64,000 nucleotides of DNA, taken from sequence record NZ_CP072340.1; one strand, written 5' to 3'. This document shows positions 38,583-47,713 of this stretch, in pieces (the stretch's first letter is position 1; the number at the start of each line of letters is the position of its first letter). The notes beneath the pieces were generated by a model that was given only the letters and a program-made list of their open reading frames with translations, was not told where the DNA came from and did no database searches. Made by a program: the position numbers and the translations under genes. The DNA is from a plasmid.

Positions 38583-40073
38583 TCAGCGACGGGGTGTATT
38601 GACAACGGCTTTATAGGCATCTATCAACCCATAGCCGTAATGTTCGTTCCAGCTTCCGAATGCCTTGTTGGTGTCGTATGCGTATGTCCCGATTTTCTTC
38701 GCATTCTTTGCGATGATTTCCCTAACTTTATAAGCAGAAAGTTGGGGATTGCGTTCAAGTATCAAGGCAGCCAATCCTGCCACGTGCGGAGCCGCCATGG
38801 ACGTTCCTCCCATATATGTAACTGCATTTCCGGGTACTGTTGACAGAATATAAGTGCCCGGAGCCGTAACGAACATGTTCGACCCGTAGGCAGAGGTTGT
38901 CGAAAGCGTCCCGTCCTGTTTCATATTTGCAACAGCTATCACTTCCGGACGATAGTCTCCGGGGAAGGAGATAGGACCGCTTGTATTGCCTGCCGACTTC
39001 ACAAACACGCATCCTCGACCTTCTCGACCTCTTGACAGAGCCAAGTCGATTGCCTCCTTGACTATATCCTTATCGGAACACCACCATGAGCAAGAGATGA
39101 TATCCGCACCATGCTGCCAAGCCCAATTTATTCCATTCGCCAGATTGCTTTCCAATTCAGTTGAACCAGACAGGGTGTTGCTGACAGACATTAAGGTGGC
39201 ATCCGGGGCTACTCCTGCCACCTGTATCCCGTTATTCCTTACAGCTGCTGCAATTCCTGCACAATGTGTACCATGGGCACCGTAAACCTTGCTGGGAGAG
39301 CTTTTTGTTTCCGTATCATAACTCAAACTGCTGATATTGTCAGCCAGATCCTGATGGGCAAGATCTATGCCTTGATCGACAATGGCAATCGTGATGCCGC
39401 GCCCTGTTGAGTATCCCCATGCCCGGCTGACAGAAATATCCATCCCTTCATATGTCGAGTTGTACAGTCCCCATTGATTGAGGACGTTCGGATCATAGGA
39501 AATTTCAAGGGCATCGAAAGAGAAGCCCGGCGAGGAAGATGCAAACTTTCCGGATTCATATATCGAGTTTGCCACCACTACTGCATCTCTTCCAGAGGTT
39601 TCCGATAACCTCAGGCTATACCATAGTGGCATAAAGGGATTCTGCCCTATAATTTCACAGTCGTATTGTCTTGCAGTACTTTGCAGAGCCGGATAATCTT
39701 TTTCCGATTTCAGCTTTACATCGATATATCCTGTCGGGATAAGTTCCTTTCCGTCCTCAGTTACGAAGCAAGACTGTATGGAGACAGGATTGGAGACTGA
39801 AGCGTATGCAAGCGATTTGACTGTTTGGGCTGTCATAGAAGACCTAACCTTATAAACTTCTATTTTGCTTCTGCTGTCTGAAATATTCTTTTCAAATTGC
39901 AGATTACAATTGTTGACACTCGCATTGCCGGCGAGAGGGGAGATTACTACAATTTTGGAAGCATTTTCCGTCAGAGGAATCCGTTTCCCATCATAATAAT
40001 AAAATGCATCCTGAGCATAGGACACTATATTCACAGCCAATGCGAACAAAAGAAATATGATTGTCTTTTTCAT
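38583..40073 (-). CDS. Secreted S8-family subtilisin-like serine peptidase (paralog of 35543..37066)
   Basis: GAHGTHCAGIAAAV, GTSMAAPHVAGLAALI, DQGIDLAH. N-terminus MKKTIIFLLFALAVNIVSYAQDAFYYYDGKRIPLTEN parallels the other subtilase. Confidence 0.9.
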   Translation of the reverse strand: MKKTIIFLLFALAVNIVSYAQDAFYYYDGKRIPLTENASKIVVISPLAGNASVNNCNLQFEKNISDSRSKIEVYKVRSSMTAQTVKSLAYASVSNPVSIQSCFVTEDGKELIPTGYIDVKLKSEKDYPALQSTARQYDCEIIGQNPFMPLWYSLRLSETSGRDAVVVANSIYESGKFASSSPGFSFDALEISYDPNVLNQWGLYNSTYEGMDISVSRAWGYSTGRGITIAIVDQGIDLAHQDLADNISSLSYDTETKSSPSKVYGAHGTHCAGIAAAVRNNGIQVAGVAPDATLMSVSNTLSGSTELESNLANGINWAWQHGADIISCSWWCSDKDIVKEAIDLALSRGREGRGCVFVKSAGNTSGPISFPGDYRPEVIAVANMKQDGTLSTTSAYGSNMFVTAPGTYILSTVPGNAVTYMGGTSMAAPHVAGLAALILERNPQLSAYKVREIIAKNAKKIGTYAYDTNKAFGSWNEHYGYGLIDAYKAVVNTPRR

Positions 40074-40081
40074 TGCAAATA

Positions 40082-41011
40082 CTATTTAATGATTATTTTC
40101 TGTGTATAAATTGATTTGCCCTTCTTTGTCAAAGTGCAAATATATATGCCTTTTGAAAATTGAGGCACATCGATGTTCTTTGCCGTCACGGACGAGGAGA
40201 GAACTTTCTGTCCGTATATATTGAGAATGTCAATGTGGTCGCAGTTCGCTATGGAACTCAACTCTATCGAGCCGTTATGGTATGCCATACGGATAGTCTG
40301 CTTGTATTCAATATCGTCAATACCGGTTTCTTTGAGATTGATGACGGGACGAATGGGAAGACCGATTGTTCTCTTGCTAGATCTTCTGCCAACACTGCCT
40401 GAATCGTAATCTATATCTTTGGCTTTCGTTATAAGATCATCAGGATCTCCTTCTGCTCTATGAAGCGTTCCGGTCCAACAATATCCTTTCCAATTCTGGT
40501 TACGATATGTTGTCCCTTGATATGTAGCAGCGTATCCGGCAGCAGGAAGAAACAGGGTGTTTTCATTTGCACCATAATGGAAGCGTCTGCCCCAAATGCC
40601 GTCCACTTCCTCCCATTTATTCCAGCAGAGTCTCACGAGTTCCCCTACCTCCTCAAAAGTAGGCAGGCGCCATCGTCCGCCCCATTTTACCCTTGCTGCA
40701 TCGTATTCCGTCCCGCAGATATTTTCTCCGATATTCGTGCATAACGTGTAATAGGCAACTCCGGGAATCTCCTTGTATCCTTCAAAGAATTTGTAATTCT
40801 CATTAGTATATTCCTCTTTAGGCTCTGTCTCTCCCCATGCAAAGTAGTCTCCGAAATCTATGGAAGACTCAGCGCCGATGTTGCAGGTTGCCCACAGGGT
40901 ACCGCTGGGCAATCCCATGTCCACATACTCATGACCGTCTATGACGTTTGTCTGCGCATGGGAAACAGAAACGAGTAGGATGCTTAATATGGATGTAAAA
41001 AGAAATCTCAT
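40082..41011 (-). CDS. FISUMP-like (Fibrobacter succinogenes major paralogous) domain protein with T9SS C-terminal sorting domain
   Basis: PSGTLWATCNIGA...YFAWGE...GGRWRLPTFEEVGELV resembles the FISUMP W/CP-GWRLPT-EE signature. C-terminus ...FSKGIYICTLTKKGKSIYTQKIIIK. Signal peptide present. Confidence 0.5.
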   Translation of the reverse strand: MRFLFTSILSILLVSVSHAQTNVIDGHEYVDMGLPSGTLWATCNIGAESSIDFGDYFAWGETEPKEEYTNENYKFFEGYKEIPGVAYYTLCTNIGENICGTEYDAARVKWGGRWRLPTFEEVGELVRLCWNKWEEVDGIWGRRFHYGANENTLFLPAAGYAATYQGTTYRNQNWKGYCWTGTLHRAEGDPDDLITKAKDIDYDSGSVGRRSSKRTIGLPIRPVINLKETGIDDIEYKQTIRMAYHNGSIELSSIANCDHIDILNIYGQKVLSSSVTAKNIDVPQFSKGIYICTLTKKGKSIYTQKIIIK

Positions 41012-41078
41012 ATCATATGAATTTTATAAGGAGTAGGTTCAGGCTGAAATTAGCCAATCCTACTCCTTGGTCTATGAT

Positions 41079-42686
41079 TTACTTGACGAAAATCTTTTTC
41101 GTTTCCATACCATTCTCATATGTGACTGAGAAAGCGTAAACACCGCCGTTCTTTATGTTTAGAGAATTCAAAGCGAGTGTGACGGAAAAGGCATTCACTT
41201 TTACCGAACTTAGTTTGACACCGGACATGTCATACACTTCCAATTTGCTCATCTTCCTTCCTGATGAAATCGTTATGTCTGAAATTAGAACAGCAGGACA
41301 CGGGGTAATGGAAAGTTGAGAGTCCCGTTCAATCTTTGAAACGTCTGTTGTGCCGTTCTGCTTTGCCTGTGCGGGAGCAAGGAAGGCGGACACATTCGCA
41401 TCATTGCTTACACGGGCAAGAATATTGCAAGCCGATTCTGGCTTGAATGAACTGTAATTAGATACATGTATGCCCGTCGTTTCAACAAAGTATCTCTGAC
41501 TGATGTATGAATCCCTATTGCTTAGGTTATATTGGTTGAGCTTTGCATAAGGACCATCATCGTTAAATCCGACCACATTTTCTGCATCATTTCCTTCAAT
41601 GAAGAGCATGGGATCGTCAGTGCCGGGAGTATTGCAATTCGTCATAGTCGCATACTCGTGACCGTCTGCCGGTATTTCACACTTACAATTCGAAAAATAT
41701 ATCGGAGCGTTCTCATAGAAGTAATTGCCATTGACATTCAAGTCCGCCACACTCAGCACTCCATTGCCAGCACTCCGTAGTTTTATCAGATACATTCCTG
41801 TTTTCGGTATCGTGACTTTCAGTGTTGCGATTTGATTATTAGGGTTATTCAGAGCCTTTTCTGAGAGATGTCCCCAATTGAGCCCCTGCATCTCTTCCGA
41901 TGTAGCAGGAGTGTAAAAAAATCGTGGTTTCATATCTCCAATTGGAATTGTGGGGAAAAGACCCTCTTGAGGGGAATTAGCGGGGAAAAGTATTTGTTTC
42001 CCATAATAGACCATATCTATTTTATGAGCTATTCTACTTGTGGAAGTTATAAAAATCTCTTGACCTTTCGTGAAAGAGAATGTCCGATAGAAAGAATATT
42101 TCAACGGCACATGTGTAAAATACTTAATGCCCGCAGCATCACGTGAATCACTTTCCGTCATTTCCGCCATGCTTACATCTGGAGTGCCATCTGATGAGAC
42201 GGCTTTTCGCAGGTATGAGTTAAAACCGGCGGACTGAAATCTCGTTGCCATCATGTTCCGTGATATTTTGACGGACTCTACGTTTGGCACTTCGGGGGCA
42301 TTGGTTGCAATTGATATTGTGTTAATGCCGTTTTTAAGTTGCAGGGCAGGTTTCGCTTCAACGGAAGCAGACTGCCAGTTCCCAACGGTTGGCTTAACCG
42401 AACCGGAAAGCGTGCCGTTCACATACACCTTGAATGTGGTGAATTTCCCGTTGGCATACCTTGTCGGCTGAAGCCAAAAATTAACGTAATAATCACCTGC
42501 TTCAAATGCCTGAACCTCAAAGTTTTTGTAATTTAGCACATTGTCTGTCGTTTCATACATACTTTTGATCTCTAAAACATTGTTTGAAGTCAAAGGTTTG
42601 CTCTCATTTCTCTGTGCATTTGCATGTTGTACAGGAAAAGTCGTTGTTAATGCACAGAATACTGTCATGAATAAAATTTTTCTCAT
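41079..42686 (-). CDS. Secreted protein with candidate T9SS C-terminal sorting domain (function unknown)
   Basis: Signal peptide MRKILFMTVFCALTTTFPVQHANA; C-terminus ...NGGVYAFSVTYENGMETKKIFVK. Confidence 0.45.
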   Translation of the reverse strand: MRKILFMTVFCALTTTFPVQHANAQRNESKPLTSNNVLEIKSMYETTDNVLNYKNFEVQAFEAGDYYVNFWLQPTRYANGKFTTFKVYVNGTLSGSVKPTVGNWQSASVEAKPALQLKNGINTISIATNAPEVPNVESVKISRNMMATRFQSAGFNSYLRKAVSSDGTPDVSMAEMTESDSRDAAGIKYFTHVPLKYSFYRTFSFTKGQEIFITSTSRIAHKIDMVYYGKQILFPANSPQEGLFPTIPIGDMKPRFFYTPATSEEMQGLNWGHLSEKALNNPNNQIATLKVTIPKTGMYLIKLRSAGNGVLSVADLNVNGNYFYENAPIYFSNCKCEIPADGHEYATMTNCNTPGTDDPMLFIEGNDAENVVGFNDDGPYAKLNQYNLSNRDSYISQRYFVETTGIHVSNYSSFKPESACNILARVSNDANVSAFLAPAQAKQNGTTDVSKIERDSQLSITPCPAVLISDITISSGRKMSKLEVYDMSGVKLSSVKVNAFSVTLALNSLNIKNGGVYAFSVTYENGMETKKIFVK

Positions 42687-42929
42687 GTCTTAAAACTTTT
42701 ATTATTAATAACTTGCCTATATTCCCTTTTATGGGATACTGACAATTTCATATCATTCAAAATGATAGATTGTACAGAAATTTTGCTGTCAACAAATATG
42801 AATAAATTTGTAACAGATAAAAATTATTTTGCTTTTATTTATGCTTTGGATGAAATTGATTATTATTTTGTTCTCTTTTGTTTTTTACAAACTCCTTGCA
42901 AGGGACTTCATAAATACAGAGGCTAACTA

Positions 42930-44066
42930 TCATACAGATAGAAGCACTGTTCCATACGAGAACCTTCCACTCTCCGGTACAAGAAGAAGTATCTTGTTTC
43001 CACGTTTAATTTCTTTTGTCCTTATGAGCTCTTCCAGTGCCACATAAATGGCAGCCGAACCGATGTTGCCTACAGAAGTAAGGTTTGTAAACCACTTCTC
43101 TTTTGTCAGAGCAATGTTACGAGCAGCAATTTCGTCATTTAACTTCTCATAGAAAAACATTGATGATACATGAGGTATAATATAGTCTATCTCATCTGCT
43201 TTTATATGATGTTTGGCAAGTATGGTTTCGATATGGTCAACCCAATACTTAATAATGTGCTTCTTTAATTGCCGTATGTCCTGTTTGCCCACAAGTACGG
43301 CACGCTCCTTAATCTCATCAGGAGAGAACTCCTTCCAGCTTTTGAGCCGTCCGTTTTCTTGCAACTCCGATGCCATAAACATACAGGTAGGTAGTTCGTT
43401 GGCATAGGAAGTCATATCGACCCATTCGATTTTGAGTGGGCATGTTCCTTCGGGATGATCTTGCACCAATACCGCTCCTGCACCATCAGAAAGCATAAAC
43501 CGCATAAAATCCTTCTCAAAAGCCATATAAGGGTCTTTGTCAGGATTGTCATGTGTAGCTTCATACTCCGGGTCATAAAATTTGGATACCAATGCAGGTG
43601 AGGTTAATTCTGATGCCACGCATACAGCTTTTTGATGCAGTCCTGCAAGAATATTGCTATAGCATATTTTCAATGCCTGCAATGAGGTAAGGCATACACC
43701 TGCAGAGGAAAATATTTCCATAGGATAGTTGGCTAATTCTCCATGAACCATAGACGCATGGGAAGGAAGCAATTGGTCGGGTGTGCTTGTCCCACAAGCC
43801 AATAATGTCAGGTCATTTGGAATTTGTCTATTCTCAAACAGCCCACATACGGCTTCTTTTGCCAATTCTGCATTCGAGTGTGTTAGGCTTTGGGTTTTGT
43901 CCAACCCGTAATATCTCGTTTTGATGCCATTTTGTCTAAGGACAATGGAACGAACCCTTGACGGATTTCCACCAATTTTCCCAATATAGTCCTCCATATC
44001 CTCATTGACGATGGGAGAATTAGGAAGATATGCCGATACGCTATTGATATATACTGCTTTTTCCAT
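42930..44066 (-). CDS. KAS III (FabH)-like / thiolase-fold condensing enzyme
   Basis: 378 aa; candidate active-site Cys in SSAGVCLTSLQAL; FabH-like length and layout. Confidence 0.6.
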   Translation of the reverse strand: MEKAVYINSVSAYLPNSPIVNEDMEDYIGKIGGNPSRVRSIVLRQNGIKTRYYGLDKTQSLTHSNAELAKEAVCGLFENRQIPNDLTLLACGTSTPDQLLPSHASMVHGELANYPMEIFSSAGVCLTSLQALKICYSNILAGLHQKAVCVASELTSPALVSKFYDPEYEATHDNPDKDPYMAFEKDFMRFMLSDGAGAVLVQDHPEGTCPLKIEWVDMTSYANELPTCMFMASELQENGRLKSWKEFSPDEIKERAVLVGKQDIRQLKKHIIKYWVDHIETILAKHHIKADEIDYIIPHVSSMFFYEKLNDEIAARNIALTKEKWFTNLTSVGNIGSAAIYVALEELIRTKEIKRGNKILLLVPESGRFSYGTVLLSV

Positions 44067-44073
44067 AGGAATA

Positions 44074-44700
44074 TTATTTGGTTATTAAATAGTATATTGT
44101 GTATATTTGCTCTTTCAATTCGGAAATGGAAAGTTGGCTGCTCAATGCACTTCTGTATGACAATCCAAGATATATATTTCTAATGGAAGATATAATCTTT
44201 TCTGTTTCCACAGTTTGAGTAATCTCTCCTTTCTGTTTGGCAAGCTCTATCACCTCTTTCCACTCAAGGCTCTTTCTTTTCTCGTATTCTTGAAACTTCT
44301 CTTTCCAATCCGGATAGTTGTCTTTCAGATACAAGATAAATGACATGAAATTGGCAGGAGTGACTGTGCCTTTTGTCATTATAAAAAATGATTTCATACG
44401 GCGACCGATGTTTTCTACACGATTATCAATGAAGTCCTTTAATGGTGTCGAGCTTGTAAGTTCAAGAAAGTCTGTAGCATCATTTGTCAAGAATTCAAAT
44501 ACAAACCTATCAACGGCATGACTGAATATATCCTCCTTATTCTTGAAGTGATGAAACATATTGCCACGAGAAATGCCGGTCGCTTCCACTAAATCCGAAA
44601 ATGATACTGCTGCATAACCTTTTTTCAGAAACAGCCTGAACGATTCATTAAGGATAATGTCCCTTTTGCTTATGCTTTCTTTAACTATTTGTTTTTCCAT
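44074..44700 (-). CDS. TetR-family transcriptional regulator
   Basis: N-terminal HTH RDIILNESFRLFLKKGYAAVSFSDLVEATGISRGNMFHHFKNKEDIF; start moved to MEKQIV.. (44700). Confidence 0.8.
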   Translation of the reverse strand: MEKQIVKESISKRDIILNESFRLFLKKGYAAVSFSDLVEATGISRGNMFHHFKNKEDIFSHAVDRFVFEFLTNDATDFLELTSSTPLKDFIDNRVENIGRRMKSFFIMTKGTVTPANFMSFILYLKDNYPDWKEKFQEYEKRKSLEWKEVIELAKQKGEITQTVETEKIISSIRNIYLGLSYRSALSSQLSISELKEQIYTIYYLITK

Positions 44701-44996
44701 TATTTCATACTTGCTAAATTCAAAACAGAACGTTTGTTCCGTGCTTATAAGTGCAATATTATGCAAATTATTTCAATCCGCCAAATATTTCGGGGGATTT
44801 TTCTTCAAAAAGTTTCATTTCTCTCTTTTTTTTTCATTTTACAATAGAAAAATAGTTGTTTCTATTCATTTTTGCTGATTAGGCAATAAGGCTAAAAAAT
44901 CCTGACAAATTACCTCCATTAAAATTAGTTGGTAATGATTTTAAGTGCTCCTACAAATTATTTCCGTAAAAACACACTGCTTTCATCAGAAAATAT

Positions 44997-45004
44997 TATC
45001 TTTG
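44997..45004 (+). promoter_or_regulatory. TAtcTTTG -7 box about 150 bp inside the right end of element B, reading outward
   Basis: Read directly from the sequence; conserved with 23956-23963. Confidence 0.3.
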
Positions 45005-45136
45005 CACTATCAATTTAAGTGTTCTTTGGGGCGTTGTAGAATAAAGAAGGGAAAAGAAACTCGCTCGTTTCCAACTCGTAACCCATTTATCCTTTATTCA
45101 TCCTTATTCTATTGATTATCTGAAAGATACAAAATT

Positions 45137-46096
45137 CTAAAATCTTTTGCGGGGATAGGTCGTGATTTTCTTCTCATAGAGGCTCTGGGCAATCGAGAGG
45201 GTCTTGTCTGCTGAAAAGCCGTGGCGTCTGTTGGCTTCTTTCTGCAAGGCAGTAAGGTCGTACAAGAGTGGTGGTACGGTATGTCCCACCTGTTTTGCGA
45301 CCGACTCTACTTTAAGCCGGCTCTGACTGCGGAGCGCAGCGAGAGCTGTCTGTGCCGATGCTTTATCCTCATAGTCTTCACAGCCAACGGCTTTCAGCGA
45401 CACGCCCTCTTTCTCCATCAGGGCGGAGAGTTTCCAATAAGGCACGGAAGAAAAATCACGGTTCTCTATGTATCGACGGCAGACCATAGCGAGGGTTGGA
45501 GTCTGTACCCGTCCCAACGAATAGCCTCCCCTGCGGGCAATGGAAAGGGCACGGCTCGCATTGATTCCCACGAGCCAGTCGGCTTCGCTTCTTGCCTTGG
45601 CGGAATAATAGAGACTGTCGTAATGGCTTCCGGCCTTGAGATTAGAAAGCCCCTCACGGATAGCTCTGTCCGTGAGTGAAGAAATCCAAAGGCGGTCGAA
45701 GGGTTTTCGGCAATTGAGATAGGAATAGATGTATCTGAAGATAAGCTCACCCTCCCGACCTGCATCGGTAGCAACGATGATGCGGTCAACCTTGTCAAAG
45801 CAGGATCGTATCACCTTGAGCTGCTTGAGTGCTGCTGGGTCGGATATATAGTCCTTATCCTTACGTACTTGTCGTACCACTAACTGAAAAGGATTGGGAC
45901 GGATGGGTAGATCTTCAGCTTTGTAGGCAGAAAAACCATAGGTTTCGGGCATGGCAAGGGCGATGAGGTGTCCCATTGCCCAAGTAACGAGATAACCGCA
46001 ACCTTCCAAGCATCCGTCCTGCTTACTGTTTGCTCCGACAATGCGGGCAATGTCTCTGGCTACCGAGGGCTTCTCGGCAATAATACAAGTTGTCAT
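45137..46096 (-). pseudogene. topB: 5' portion of the DNA topoisomerase III gene (Toprim N-terminus; truncated at the catalytic Tyr: ...KKITTYPR then element-derived KRF*)
   Basis: MTTCIIAEKPSVARDIARIVGA... is a Topo IA Toprim start. It ends inside the conserved (S/T)YPRT active-site motif. The last approx 13 nt plus the stop codon lie in the element B end. Confidence 0.85.
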
Positions 46097-46116
46097 AGTC
46101 TGAAATCGTTTTAAGG

Positions 46117-47520
46117 TTACATCTTACGTCCACGGGACTTCTTCTGCTTGTTCTCGTCCTGCTTCTGTTTTTGGGCGGCAGTGGGCTGTGTCTGTCCCGT
46201 TTTGAGTGGTTCTTTCACATTCTTGGTAGCTTCATTCGTCTTGCCGTGGTTGTTCACGGCTACCTGCGTTTTGTGTTCTTCGGCTACGGCAACCACCTTT
46301 TCTTTGCCGGTTTCCTGCTTCTTGTCAGGATTCCACTTGTAAAAACGTGGGCGGTTCTGTTCCTTGTCCATGCGAACATAGGCGTTGAATGATTGTCCCT
46401 GTTTGTCCACCATATTCTTTAGATATAGTGTACGACCGCTATCCAAGGCTTCACGCTGTTTATCTGACAGCTCCAAGCCGCAGAGCTTATGAGGTACGCC
46501 TTGCTGCTGTGTCTGCTGCTGCCGTTCCTTAAATCCACGGTTATTGTCAAAGATAAACTCAATGCCCTTTCGCTCGGCATTGACCTGCAGGGTTGCATTA
46601 AATGTTTTGCCACTCTTGGCGGTCATACCTTCAACTTTAACGGCTTTGCCCTCCACGAGATCTTTGTACTGGGCATCAGAGAGCGTTACGCCCTTGATCT
46701 CCTTAGGGATGTTCACACGGTCGGCACGCAGGGCGATGATTTCATTCGTTTGCGGGTCAATAGAAACGTATGCAGAGAAAGGTTCGGCGTTCTTGGGTGT
46801 TACCTCGATGGTCTTGCCCAGATTACCCGTAGTGAGGAGTTGCTCCTTTTCTTCGGGAGAGAACTTGTAGCCCATATAGGGAAAGTCAAGCTGTGGCTCT
46901 TTTCTCAGAGGATGAATAGCCAAACCGATATTGCCGTTATCGTCCGTACGGAACGCAAGGCGTGCTTCAGTGTAGATAGTGGTCTCGCCGATAGGAACAG
47001 CAATTGTGATGAGATTACTCTTCTGCCAGTTAAGCATTTTCTCTAATTCTCCACTCTGTTCCAATCTCTCACGGGACAGTCCAAGACTGTCGAGCATCTT
47101 CCAGTCCACTTTCTCGTGGTCGATGGCAGTGGTATTCTTCTTTTGCGGCAGATAATCATCAAAGGACACTCCAATCTCTGCCAGCTGCTGCTTGCTTTCG
47201 AGCTTCTCGCGGTTTTGCAGCATGGTACGCAGGTTGTCCACGCCCTGTTCCACATTGTCTGCCAATACCTTGTATAATCCGAAGTGAGTCGGGTTATTAA
47301 ACTGTTTGAGGAAGTTGGCCATGAAATTCTTCAGAAGTCCGTCCTTGTTGTTGAACTTCAAGAACGCTGCCTGATTGGCAGCGACAGCCTCGGTGGTCTT
47401 GAGATTTCCCTTGTCGTCAACACCGGATACGACGGACAATTTACCCACTTCCTGCTCATTCTTCACTTCCGTGCGGTCTTCCAAGACCAGCACATAGTTG
47501 TCATTGTTGTTTGATTCCAT
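46117..47520 (-). CDS. CTn-associated hypothetical protein adjacent to topB (possibly DUF3945/DUF4099-type; assignment from memory)
   Basis: 467 aa, K/E/Q-rich low-complexity C-terminus, no recognised catalytic motif. Its position next to topoisomerase III matches Bacteroides CTn backbones. Confidence 0.35.
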   Translation of the reverse strand: MESNNNDNYVLVLEDRTEVKNEQEVGKLSVVSGVDDKGNLKTTEAVAANQAAFLKFNNKDGLLKNFMANFLKQFNNPTHFGLYKVLADNVEQGVDNLRTMLQNREKLESKQQLAEIGVSFDDYLPQKKNTTAIDHEKVDWKMLDSLGLSRERLEQSGELEKMLNWQKSNLITIAVPIGETTIYTEARLAFRTDDNGNIGLAIHPLRKEPQLDFPYMGYKFSPEEKEQLLTTGNLGKTIEVTPKNAEPFSAYVSIDPQTNEIIALRADRVNIPKEIKGVTLSDAQYKDLVEGKAVKVEGMTAKSGKTFNATLQVNAERKGIEFIFDNNRGFKERQQQTQQQGVPHKLCGLELSDKQREALDSGRTLYLKNMVDKQGQSFNAYVRMDKEQNRPRFYKWNPDKKQETGKEKVVAVAEEHKTQVAVNNHGKTNEATKNVKEPLKTGQTQPTAAQKQKQDENKQKKSRGRKM

Positions 47521-47713
47521 TGCTTGATAATTTTAATGATGAATACTGTTATCAAGCGGCTAAATTATAAGTATATGAAGAGATTGAAAAACTTTTGGGA
47601 AAAGCGGGAAATACAGGGAAAAAACAAGAAGCCATCATCCGAATCTGTATGGAAAGCGGATAATGGCATGTTATAAATAAATATGAACGTTTCCGGTAGA
47701 GGAATTTATTTAT

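Larger units (their letters stand above)
30048..45149. mobile_element. Integrative mobilizable element B (about 15.1 kb) inserted in the topoisomerase III gene, flanked by a 9-bp direct repeat CTATCCCCG (plus strand: cggggatag at 30039-30047 and 45150-45158)
   Basis: The two halves of one topoisomerase III ORF flank it. The junction lies at the catalytic Tyr codon (..ITTYPR|..). Element gene order matches element A (approx 85% nt identity in conserved parts). Confidence 0.7.
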
